NCBI RefSeq assembly: GCF_000143415.4 | Contig: NW_003314276.1 | Location: forward strand, 1,650,696 to 1,714,695 | DNA from: Selaginella moellendorffii | Taxonomy: Eukaryota; Plantae; Lycopodiophyta | Direction: 5' to 3' | Length of the DNA: 64,000 nt | In this document: positions 25,991-36,619 of the stretch, piece by piece | Numbering within the stretch: the first letter of the stretch is position 1 | Layout of the letters: every line of letters starts with the position of its first letter | Notes under the pieces: model-generated | The model's database searches: none | Seen by the model: only the letters and a program-made list of their open reading frames with translations | Told to the model about the DNA's origin: nothing | Program-made: the position numbers and the translations under genes

Positions 25991-26621
25991 ATTTCTCCTG
26001 CAGAAAGAAAAACCAGAAAAGAAAAGAAAACTGTTAAGTTGAGAGCATAAGAAAGTGAAAACTTGTGATGGGGTTCTCGGGAAAAAAAACAGCACACAGT
26101 ATTGCAAAAACAAAATCAGGAAAAGAACGAAAACAGCAAGAAAAGATACCAAGAGTTGTGCTCGAGAAGAAGAAAAGAAAGTAAAATGGACACATTAGAA
26201 AGCGCGGACACAGACAGTACCAAGACACGGTTCATTCCAGTGGTATTGAAACAGTGCCTCAGATTTGGATTGTGAATCGGCAGCAGTAGCAGGGGCTGTC
26301 TCACCATTTCATAAACCCTAAAAAAACATTACAAAATAAAAATAATTCACTCCACATGCAACAGGTGCAGTCATGGCCAACACTTTGCATGTGCCACATG
26401 TTGTAGCACCTTCTTCTCACACCCCACCCAATTTGGCCACCTCCCATTGGCCGAGAGCAAACATCAGCATGATTATTCGCTAACATGGTTAAAAAAATAA
26501 CCCCTTTACAGTTACACCCCCATCAAGCGGCTGTGATTGGCTGGATCTGGTGGCCCAGAAAGTTCGGCAACTCCTCCTTATTATGATAGATGATCAATGA
26601 ACTTTCGGGTTCTACAAAATT

Positions 26622-27460
26622 TCCAATACATTTAGAATATACTTGGATATTCTAGCATATTATCTAATGATTAAAATGTACTTAGATTAGGTTATAATGT
26701 AACAGATTACATTAAAAAGAAATAAATATATTTAAAAATCAAGCCAAGTAGGCCTATCATAACCTCACACATTACATACAAATGCAACAAAAAGATATAA
26801 TGCTTGATTTTTGGACTTTTATTACATTTATGCAATACTTTGGTGCAGATATAGTAATGATGTCATACTTGGTTTATATGAGCTGCTTCCACACAAAAGT
26901 TATCTTGATTAATTTTGAGCTAAGATTTATTCATAATATATATATATATTCAAGTACTATGGTTGCAAAAACTTCTCTACATAGAAAAATGTCAAGATTT
27001 ACACTTTCAGGTTGCAATATTATAAACATCTTTACTTTTGCATAATTAACTTTGTATGTGTAACTACATTTACAATATTGAAAAACTTAAAATGAACTTA
27101 TCCAAAATGTTGAAGTAATTATTTTTTACTGATTACTCTATCCCTGATCTACAGATAGAATATCTAATTATATTTAACTTTAGTTATCTTTTATATTAAG
27201 AAAAGCATTGCAATATTATATTTAATCATTATGTGCAAAATAATTAATTAAATGTTTTTTAAAAAACTCTTTACATATGATATGGTACTTTATTTTTAAT
27301 ATTATTTTGTGTTCCATTAAACTCGATTAAAATGATATATATTGTAGTGGATGTTAATGGTGTGATTGTAGCTAATGATAATATCTTTCACAAAGGACAA
27401 AATGTTATAATTGATGTATTAAAGCAAATATGTAATGCATATTAGAACTTCCAAAAAATG
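26622..27460 (+). repeat. AT-rich direct repeat, copy 2 (see 3950-4850)
   Basis: Colinear match to 3950-4850. Confidence 0.85.
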
Positions 27461-29064
27461 ACAAACATTTTACATTTATTCAAATTATAAAGAATAAATT
27501 TAGCATGGCGTGTTTTGAGTTTTGATGAAGAAGCTACATTGACTTTTCTTGATAATGTAAAAATGTATATATTCCAATGCTAGATTAGATTTAGTATCAT
27601 CTCAAAATCAAAATGTTAACACAAATGAATTTTCACACTTGTCACAATAGGTTAACAGTTTACCAAAGTCTGAATGACAACTTGGTATTATCAATTAAGT
27701 TTGATTATTTTGTGAAAATAGAACAATTTATTAAAAATACAACATCCAATCTATTTTCATTCTTAAAATACTTTTCTTTTTTATATAAAAGTTTTGAATT
27801 AAATTTTAGGTTTTAAAAAATTTACAACACTTAAAATCATTGTGCTGTGTTTTTGAACACTAAGGGTTTTTGTGCTGGAAACTGAATTGTTGGGCTTGCA
27901 AAATAATTCTACTAGATTGCTCACATCTACAGCTTGTTATGAAGTTTTCATTCCTCAAGAATGATAGTGCTTAGGTGGTGCTTTAGAAAACACTCATTGA
28001 CTATATGCAATGAAACTTGACCAGACTGGATGGTTCTAGTTTTCCAAGGACCTGTCTAGAGAGTATAACACCAAGCTCAACCTGTGTTGTGGACATCTCC
28101 TAGAAGTACTTGCAGTTTACATGAAAAACTACTTTGTTGTTCAATGGCAAGAAATGTCTTGAAGTTCACAACCATGGTAAAAATACATTGTTTATTTTTA
28201 TTATGTTGAAAAGTGCATGATTATATTTTAGAGTTTGTGCTTGCTAATGATAATTACTTGCTTAAGAATGTTTGAATGCTTTATTCTGAAGAGAAACTTG
28301 GGAATATTAAGTTTTTCAAGAGCAAAGAGTCAATAAAAATGATGCATTCTAAGAGAATTAACCATAGAAGGCAACTATATTACTGAAGAATTTGTTATAC
28401 CAGGTTTCCTTTATTTTTTATAGTTTTTATGCAATTTCATTTTTATGACTGGTTTGTCTTTAGTTCTATGAATGCTAAGTGTTAAATATTAATGTTAATA
28501 TCTTAGCCATTGCACATCATGATAAATGGTGGGTAATGGTGTTGCCACTATGGCCTCTTACCCTCTTCAGGTAAGAACTCCTTACTCCATTGAGACTGTT
28601 CTAATGAAATTTTTATGAAGTCTTTAGTGTTCAAAAAGCTAGAACAATTTTTATGCCCTCTAGACTGAGAAAGAAACCATGAGTGTGGAGAGCTCAATAA
28701 TATTATTTTCAGAAGTTTAATGACTTAGCTTTTAGGTTTACATAGCTCAGACATATTTTTAACTTAGAGGATAATATATAATTATATATATAGAAAGTGG
28801 GAGTTGTAATTCTTCCTAGTGAGATCTAAAGGATGGCAAAATTCCTATTAGAAATATATATAGTTTGATAAATTTTTTACTTGTTACTCTTGAAGTTCTA
28901 GTCATGAGATAAAATAAAGAACTTCATACCTTTTTGGCCATAGAAATAGTGATAAGGAAGGAAAATTAATTAAACACTGATTACAAAATAATTAAACAAA
29001 GTTTAATCATAGCCATTAGATTAAAGAATATCCAATATACTTGAACATTCTAAGTATATTCCTT

Positions 29065-29760
29065 ACACATGAATTAAGTGCCACTGCAGCTGTGTGTGTG
29101 TGGGATGAGAGCAGTGTGCAAACAGTGATGGGAATTGATCAATTCCCTAGGATTTGCCGTCCAGCAGGCTCAGGCAAGCATCCCGGCGTGAATGGGCACT
29201 TTCAATTGGATAGAGATGAAAGTGTGCCCACAATGGAGGTTGCAAGATTTCCAGGGCTGGTTACATCTCTTGCATGGGCATTTCAAGGAATACAGTCTGG
29301 TTCTTGTGAAGAAAAAAAAATTGAGGTGAGAAGTGTGTACACATGGTTCACAACAAGTACACGTATACACTCCAGATACCACTTTGCATTTGCTTTACTC
29401 ACATCACTACATCACTTGAATGATCCAGGTCTGATCACTTTGGATTTGAAAGGGTTAAGGTTTGGATTGAAGCAGACTTGGCCATGGGATAAGCAGCTAG
29501 GAATCATGGTGTATCTGTTGCCTCCGATGGTCAGACAGGTGTGTTGTTCTGCACTCTATTCAAAAGGTGTTGGTGGAGTTTGCAATGCAATTTGTTTGAA
29601 TGGAGCTGTTTTCTTTGTGGAGGAGAAGTCTTTCTTTATCTATAACTCATTTGAATTTAGCTAGTTACTTTCCTATTTCAGAAAGAATCCAAGCTAGAAA
29701 AACTGGTAAAATTTACACGTTCACTATTATTACCATAACTTCTATTTGTGTGCAAATTCT
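29065..29760 (+). pseudogene. F-box remnant, copy 3 (deleted and frameshifted)
   Basis: SCEEKKIEVRSVYT, LDLKGLRFGLKQTWPWD and CNAICLNGAVFFVEEKS match copies 1 and 2 on the opposite strand. Confidence 0.85.
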
Positions 29761-30428
29761 ATTGTTGTACTTAACAGTATTGATAAGATTCACATAGACT
29801 TTGTAAACACGAATGAATGAATGTTCTGTGTTTTTTTTGTTTTTTTTAAATTTGCTATTAGCAAATTATTCAGTTTAATGACGTTACCTTTTAGCAGTTT
29901 GGCTAAGCCACGAGAACGCTTACACTTTTTTTCCTTTTAAGCTAGATTTACTTGTTTTCCTTTGAAGTACTCTTCTTCTTCCTCGGTAACCCTAATTTCG
30001 CGAGCGAGGCAGGGCAGGAGCTCCAGCGCTGGGCGGTGCGCCCGATGCCGATGCCGCTCACCGATCCCGTCCGGAATGCGTGAGGTATGCGCGTGTCTTG
30101 TCTCTCTTGTTTCTCTCGCCTTCTAGGGTTTCCTCCCGGCTCTTGTGCGCTCCTGATGCATGCTCCGGAGCTCTGCGCTGCCTGTGATCGATGCCCCGGA
30201 GCTCATCTCGTGTGATCTGAGATCCTCCCTCCTTTCTTCTCTTTCTTCCCCTTTTTTTCTTCTCGTCCCTGGTCTTCTTCCCAGTTTAAAAAAATCATGC
30301 AGCGTTTTTTTTCTTTCTTCAGTGCCGATCAAGGCAGTCTCATCGGTGAGTGAGTGAGAGAGCTAGACAGAACTCAGGAGCTCCAATCTTTCTCAGTAGC
30401 AAAGAAGAAAGAGGAGGAAGAAGAAGAC

Positions 30429-31628
30429 ATGGCTTCTTCCAAGACGATGCTCCATCCTCCTCCAAATGGAGGCGTCGGCCCGCAGCGCTCCGGCCTGGGC
30501 CGCCAGGGATCAATTTACTCGCTCACACTGGAGGAGCTCCAAAATTCAATGCTGGACCAGGGAAAAATCGGCAGCATGAACATGGACGAGTTCATGAAGA
30601 ACGTATGGACGGCCGAGGAGAACCAGGGCGGCGCCGCCAACACCAACACCAGCACCGCCACCTCCACCGCCACCGACAACCCGCCCGCTCCCTCCTCTCT
30701 CCAGCGGCAATCCAGCGTAAGTATCCCTCGAACTCTCAGCCAGAAAACAGTGGACGAGGTGTGGAAGGAGATCCAGGTCCAGAAGCAGCAGCAGCAGCAG
30801 CAAGATCTCTCTTATGGAGAGATGACTTTGGAGGACTTTCTCATCCGGGCCGGGGTGGTGAAGGAGGACACGGATGCTACTTCCGGGGGTGTCGTCCAGG
30901 CAATCGGCCCCCAAGGAACCATACCCAACAGCATCGATTCCATGGCTCAAAATCCAGATTGGTACAACTATCAGGTGAAGCAGCAGCAGCTCATGCACCA
31001 AGCTGCCGATCTCTCGAAAAGGCCGAACTTGATCGTCCCTGCGGGGCATCCCGGCGCGTTTTTCGATGCTCCATACGATGCCGTGCCTAGCAGCCTGGCT
31101 CTCTCCCCCGGGATGGCGACTCCGGAGGCTCCCGGCAAGAAGAGGAGCTTGGATCTCGTCGTGGAGAAGACTGTGGAGAGGCGGCAGAGGAGGATGATCA
31201 AGAACAGGGAGTCGGCGGCGCGGTCACGAGCGAGGAAGCAAGTAAGTCGCACTTTTGACCAAGGAGGCTTTTTTCCTACCCTTTTTTCTTTGTTTTACTT
31301 GCAGGCTTACACAGTGGAGCTAGAAGCCGAGCTTACGCAGCTCAAGGAAGAAAATACCAGATTGAAGAGATGGCAGGTAAGATTGGATCACTCGTGATCG
31401 ATCCAGACACTAAAGACGATGATGCTTTTCTTTTGATTTTTTAGGCCGAGGAAGCAGAGAGGAGAAGAAAACAGGTAACTTGCATTGCTGGAGAGAGTTT
31501 TACAGCTTTGTTACACCGTGTTTCTGACGCAGATAACCGAGGTTTTCCTGCCAGTAACGCAACAAGATCAGCAGCAGCACGCAAACGCGAGCTCACAAAA
31601 GCTTCAGAGGTGCCGGAGCTTTCCCTGA
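30429..31628 (+). CDS. Group A bZIP transcription factor, ABI5/ABF/AREB-like; exons 30429-31241, 31305-31376, 31445-31474, 31533-31628 (~336 aa)
   Basis: C1 RQGSIYSLTLEELQ..GSMNMDEF, C2 LQRQSS..LSQKTVDEVW, C3 GEMTLEDFL, basic region ERRQRRMIKNRESAARSRARKQ and leucine zipper. Canonical GT-AG introns at the conserved positions. Confidence 0.93.
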
Positions 31629-32199
31629 CTTCCATTTAACTCCACAGGAATCGGGTTGTAAAGTGGGGGTCTCGCTCGCTCCTCAAGCCATCGCAAAGAT
31701 CTTCCCTTGATCTTCCGGGCCTGAGGAAGGAGAGCGAGATCGATCACCACTAAAAACACAGGAAAACGAATAAGGTAAGCAGCAGATCATCCAGCAGCAG
31801 CAGCAGTAGCAGCTCTCATGTACCTCATCAGACGCGGCGGCCATGTACATTCGAGTTGGAAATGCGTGTATCTAAAACAGGAGCAAGGCAAAAGCAGCGG
31901 TTTTCCTTTAGGTGGTTTGTTCGTTCCGAGAGGTTAGTGACGAAGCTGGTTCTTCTAGCATTTGTGAGGATCTGTAGTTTAAAGGAAGCAAGCATTTGTG
32001 AAATCAGACGGAAAAAAAACAAGTGAAATTCTTTTCCAGCTTATCTCTCGATCGATCGCGAAGCGTTTTGTTTCACGTGAAGAAGGAGGAAGTGGTCCAG
32101 CCCAGTCCAGTCCGGCTCTCAATTAAAAGAGAGCTGTGCTTTTGTCTCGCGCGCTCGCAGCAACGCCGTCGTTGGCCATTTCCACAGGCCAATCATCAG

Positions 32200-34410
32200 G
32201 CGCTGCAAAATGGTGCCAGCTGAATCCATCGAGCTTTCCGTTGCGAGTTTGTTGTTTTGGTTCCATGTCGACTCAGGGGCTCCATGTGTCCCGCCTCAGA
32301 CGGGCCGGATTATCTGAGCTCTCCGGACGCAAGCGGCTTTTAGCGTGTCTGGATTGGATAAGTTTCTCGAGCAAAGCCATCGTAAAATTTACCTGGAGCT
32401 TTCCTCCCACCGCATAGGCACTCGGGGACTTCGCTCTCGCCGGGCAGCTGCAAAAGTGAGAGAGTTTAGTAGCTTGGCTTTTGTTTACCTTGTCCAATAT
32501 TTCTGCCACCATGTTTTGCATGACAGTCAAGGTTCTTCTCATGCCGTGAGCCGACTTCAGAGAAGCCCTCCTCTTCAAACAGCTGCCTGACGATCTCCAC
32601 TACGTCGTCCAGATCTTGGAGAGAGCACCTTCAGCTTACAATGAATAAACGATTACCGGTGACAGTGAGTAAAACAAGAAAAGAAGCATGCCACTCTTCT
32701 CGCCCAACCGCGAGTTTGGCTGCTGGATTGTCTGCGTCTAGATGATCGTTAAGCGCGTAGATTTTTCAATCTAACAAGTGAATTCGAGCGTTGAGCAGAC
32801 TTGAGAATGCAAACGTTCGCATTCTCCCTCCGCTTTGAGCAGTGACTGCTCTGGATCATATCTTGATCTCTCAGTGTTGACCCTGGGTTTGTTTTTTATT
32901 TCCTTGGCCCTGTCTTCGCATTCATAAAGGGAAAGTTTTCTACCGACTAAATCTACTTCTCGAGATGTAAAGCCATGGGAAAAGGTTTGTGTCCAAAGCG
33001 TAGCGTAGAGAGCGTTCCGGCTGCATTGTATGAGCCCGAAGAGCAGCAATAAAGCAGATTTTGTCCTTGAGTTTCCACCCTGTGCGGCATAAGATCAAAA
33101 GGACATGAAATTACTGTTAACGCTCGAGAGTTACCAAGGACTCTTGCAAAATCCTCGTCAGCTTTGAGTCAGGGGGTTGCAAAAAGGGAGCCAAGTCAAC
33201 GAGTCAAGACAGTTGACTAAAGAATATGCTGTTATAATATGCATTACCGCTTAAAACAGAAAACGATTGCAGCTCACAGGTAAGCATTTATCACATTTCC
33301 AAGAGCTGAAAGCGTCTTAGCCTCTGTTAGGAGCTTTCCTTTCCTTTGGCACATGTTTTCTCCACTTTCTCGGATCCAGCAAGGTCTACCAGGAACAGCT
33401 TTCCGGTTTTCACGCTGCAAGAGACGATGATAAATAAGAGACGTAAAGAAGGGAACGTTCCTTTTACCTCCTGTCCTTGGAGTTCGTTTGCTGAATGGTT
33501 ATCAAGAGCACACAGTGGCTTCTGCTGCTATTGGCGTTCATATCTGAAATGTTAGGAGACACACGCAGCAAGTCTTGTTAAGCCTCGCTCCCACAGTTCT
33601 ATTCAAGATTCCTGCCTATGTATAAGCTTTAAGTTAGAATGGCCAAAGCAGCAATCAATCAATTGATGTCACTAAGCCATCAGCCCTCGAGTTAATCTAA
33701 GACGGGGGCTCTCGTCACCTCTGAAGCACCAGCGACAAATATTCCGCGTGTTTTATCTTCCTTTACTTGAAGATTGTCCTTGGTCGAGAGAGACTGCTGA
33801 CCCGGTGTACGAGTTTGTCATCAAGCTGTCCAGGGTAAGGTTTTAATATTTATTATATCGCTTGTGAATAGGTGGAGAGAATAGAAGTTGCTCGAGACCT
33901 TAATACATTTTGGAATGTACTGGAAAATCCATCGTGCCACCCTCAGTAGAATTCCCTCTTGGCCAGGGTCATCAGTTCTCTCCACGAAATGACCCATAAG
34001 AACAAAGGCGAAAACCCTACCTCCATACTGAAAGTCATTGCAGCACCAGTCTAAAAAAGAAAACAAAGCATTGTGATACATGGATAGCTCTCATCGCATG
34101 AATGATTCGTGAGAGGACCTGTCCATACGCAAGAACCGTACCGTTGATGGCATTCATAGCATCTGTGTTTACAATTCCATGAGTAAATCTCAGACATCGA
34201 TCAAAACTTACCCTGCACAATAGGAAGCGCGACGAAGTCGAAAACATCCGCTTGAGATCTGTCTAAAGAAAACCCGATCTCTCCTGAGTGAAAGCGCGAT
34301 TGTAAATCGTCCAATGCAGCTGGCGCTTACCTTGAAATCGAAGGATCGATCGTCCGGGATGCGAATGCGGTTGGATTTCGCTCCAGCGCTCGCGATCTCT
34401 CAGACATTGC
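32200..34410 (-). pseudogene. Degenerate tandem duplicate of the kinesin gene
   Basis: Colinear with 36590-39095 ([36 protein letters not shown]) but with multiple deletions and a lost start. Confidence 0.88.
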
Positions 34411-34626
34411 ACGAATAAACGAAACGAAGCAAAGAACCATTAGAACAAGATCCCGCCCAACCACGGAAGTGAAGACGCCATTGGAGGCGATGGAAGATGA
34501 CAGCGGCGTAAAAAATGCGTCTCATGCTTCAGGATGGGCACTCAAAATAGCATATAGATAGATAGATCATTTTTGCTAGCAGTCAGACTTGTATTCTCTG
34601 GAGCCCTGCGAGCTGCTCAGATAATA

Positions 34627-34720
34627 CATAGTTTGTATAGCACCAAAATCTTTATTACATAGTTTAGCATAGCACCAAATCCGTATTACATAGTTTGGCA
34701 TAGCACCATAGTTTGGCAAC
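34627..34720. repeat. ~30-bp tandem repeat, about 3 copies, just downstream of the lectin stop codon
   Basis: TACATAGTTT(GT/AGC/GGC)ATAGCACCA repeated. Confidence 0.8.
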
Positions 34721-34723
34721 TCC

Positions 34724-35509
34724 TTAAATGATGCTAAACGCCCCCATGGGGGTGGTTTGAACAGAACTGGATGGGCACGTCGAATAGATAACACCGATGC
34801 CTTTCATATATGAGCTGGGGCTTGCATATCCAAAGAACGAGACTACGTTGCCTGGTGCTGTTTCGAAGAAAGTGCCACTCTTCGAATTACCAAATGGACC
34901 ATATGGTTTGGTTGCACTGGTTCTCGTGTTCTTGACATGCACAGTCAGCGAGAGAACACCTTCTCCCGCCCAACCAGTACCGCATGTTCTGTCTGTTCCA
35001 GTTGTACCCGATACCTTGTAAATGTACTCATCCGAGCTCAAAGAGATCTGCAGAAAGAAATTGATAAAGTAAGAAAAACGTTAACTTTAAAAGACCTCGT
35101 AGAGTGTGCCTCTCAGACCAGCTTGCGGAGGCGGGCTTGGTAAACATCCTGAACAGGAGTTAGTTCCATACATTTGAGTCCAGGAAGAGCCTGAAGACTT
35201 CCACTGAATGGCATCAACCACACAACCGCTGATTATGCGTAGCCCCTCCAGTGGCATACTCGTAAGACTTCCACTGAAGGGAGTACCACCACTAGTAGTA
35301 CCATATAAAGGAGACTTGCAAGGTGGAGGCGGTGGAGGCGGCGATGAACACCATGGGGCTTCGTTGCCACAGTTTCCCCATGGACTACAGCAGGGGTATG
35401 CCTCCGGGCAGTCAGCGTCAGATGAACATGAACCAGGAGGAGGGGGTGATGATGGTGTTGCCGATACCAGCAAACACAATGCAAAGAGCGCTAGAGCACG
35501 AAGAAGCAT
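34724..35509 (-). CDS. Secreted chimeric lectin: signal peptide + hevein/CBM18-like domain + Pro linkers + jacalin-like domain; 2 exons (35509-35096, 35047-34724), ~245 aa
   Basis: Signal peptide MLLRALALFALCLLVSA; CSSDADCPEAYPCCSPWGNCGNEAPWC; jacalin motifs SGCVVDAIQ, ISLSSDEYIYKVSG, YGPFG, VVSFFGYAS..GIGV. A 48-bp GT-AG intron joins the exons in frame. Confidence 0.85.
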
Positions 35510-36619
35510 GGTTCTAATGACTTATGCAAGTCACAGCAATGCTAGCACACATTTATAGGACTGTAAAGCATGAATATCAAGGGCGACTGATTGTTTTCAG
35601 CAGGCACTGCTGCGTGTTTTCAGACCTGTGGTCCGCCCATGTGATCTCGGCTGCCTCAGTTGGCCTCGTCAGAGATACTTGTCACCATTTTAGATGGACC
35701 ACAGAGGCAAAGCATAATTTACAAGGTGAACACCACCACCAGGAACACTATTCCTTCACATGCATGGCTCTGGTCCAAGATTTCGAATCTGTACGTAATA
35801 AGCTGTCCAAAGTAAATGAATAAGTTAAGGTAAGCTGTAGCAGCCCACGTTTTATTCGGACCACAACAATGACATCTCTTAGACATAGCAGCCATGTACA
35901 TTTGAGTTGGAAGTGCATGCATCTAAAATAGGGTTCTGTTCAGACTTGCTATGCTCATCCTCACTCTATAATCCATGTTGTTCATCCTCACTTCATTACT
36001 ATATGCCTTATCCTTACTCCATTGTCAAGGCCGGACTCTTGTTTGTCCTCTTTACCCCCTCCTCCAAAAAAAAAAAAGTTTGAAGTGTTGGGACAAAAAG
36101 GAGAAAATGAGAAAAATTGAGGAAAAACAATTGTGAAAAAAGAAAAAATAGATAAAGAAGCATTAAAAAAGAAATTTATAACAATTAACAATACAAAAAT
36201 AGGGAAGTTAGAAGAATATATGCTTAAAGCTTGGAAAATAAAAGATTTCCTATCATAAAATACTTCAACCACCACAATATAAACAAAAAATTCATACCAT
36301 TTCAACACACAATTCAATAACAACATCCATTTGGCCCCGACATAATAAAGCTAAACAAATGCAATACTGAAGTGAGGCCAGACATAAATGGCAGAGTGCA
36401 GAGCAAAATTGCAATTTTCCTTTAGGTGGCTAGCATTTGTGAGGATCTCTAAACAGAAGAAAAGTGAAATCATTTTCCAACTTATCCTCTCGATCAATCA
36501 CGAGCTCTTAATCAAAACAGTGTGGTGCTTTTGTCTCGCGCTCGCAGCAATGGCATCGTTGGCCATTTCCACCAGCCAATCATCAGGCGCTGCAAAACGT
36601 TGCCAGCTGAATCCATCAA

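Larger units (their letters stand above)
14782..26590 (-). mobile_element. Helitron (~11.8 kb) with RepHel remnant and captured WEE1 fragments
   Basis: 5' end A|TCTATCATAATAAGGAGGAG at 26590. 3' end is a TTAACA-N10-TGTTAA hairpin (14793-14814) lying 11 nt from the end, then CTAG (14785-14782). RepHel lies just inside the 3' end. Confidence 0.7.

Noticed and set aside
30350-31252. Long overlapping/antisense ORFs (30350-31090, 30546-31049, 30971-31252) and the GTG-start extension from 30354
   Set aside because: Shadows of GC-rich bZIP coding sequence; the likely start is the ATG at 30429.
34627-34720. 30-bp repeats resembling a CRISPR array
   Set aside because: Contiguous tandem units with no unique spacers, in a eukaryotic context with no cas genes.
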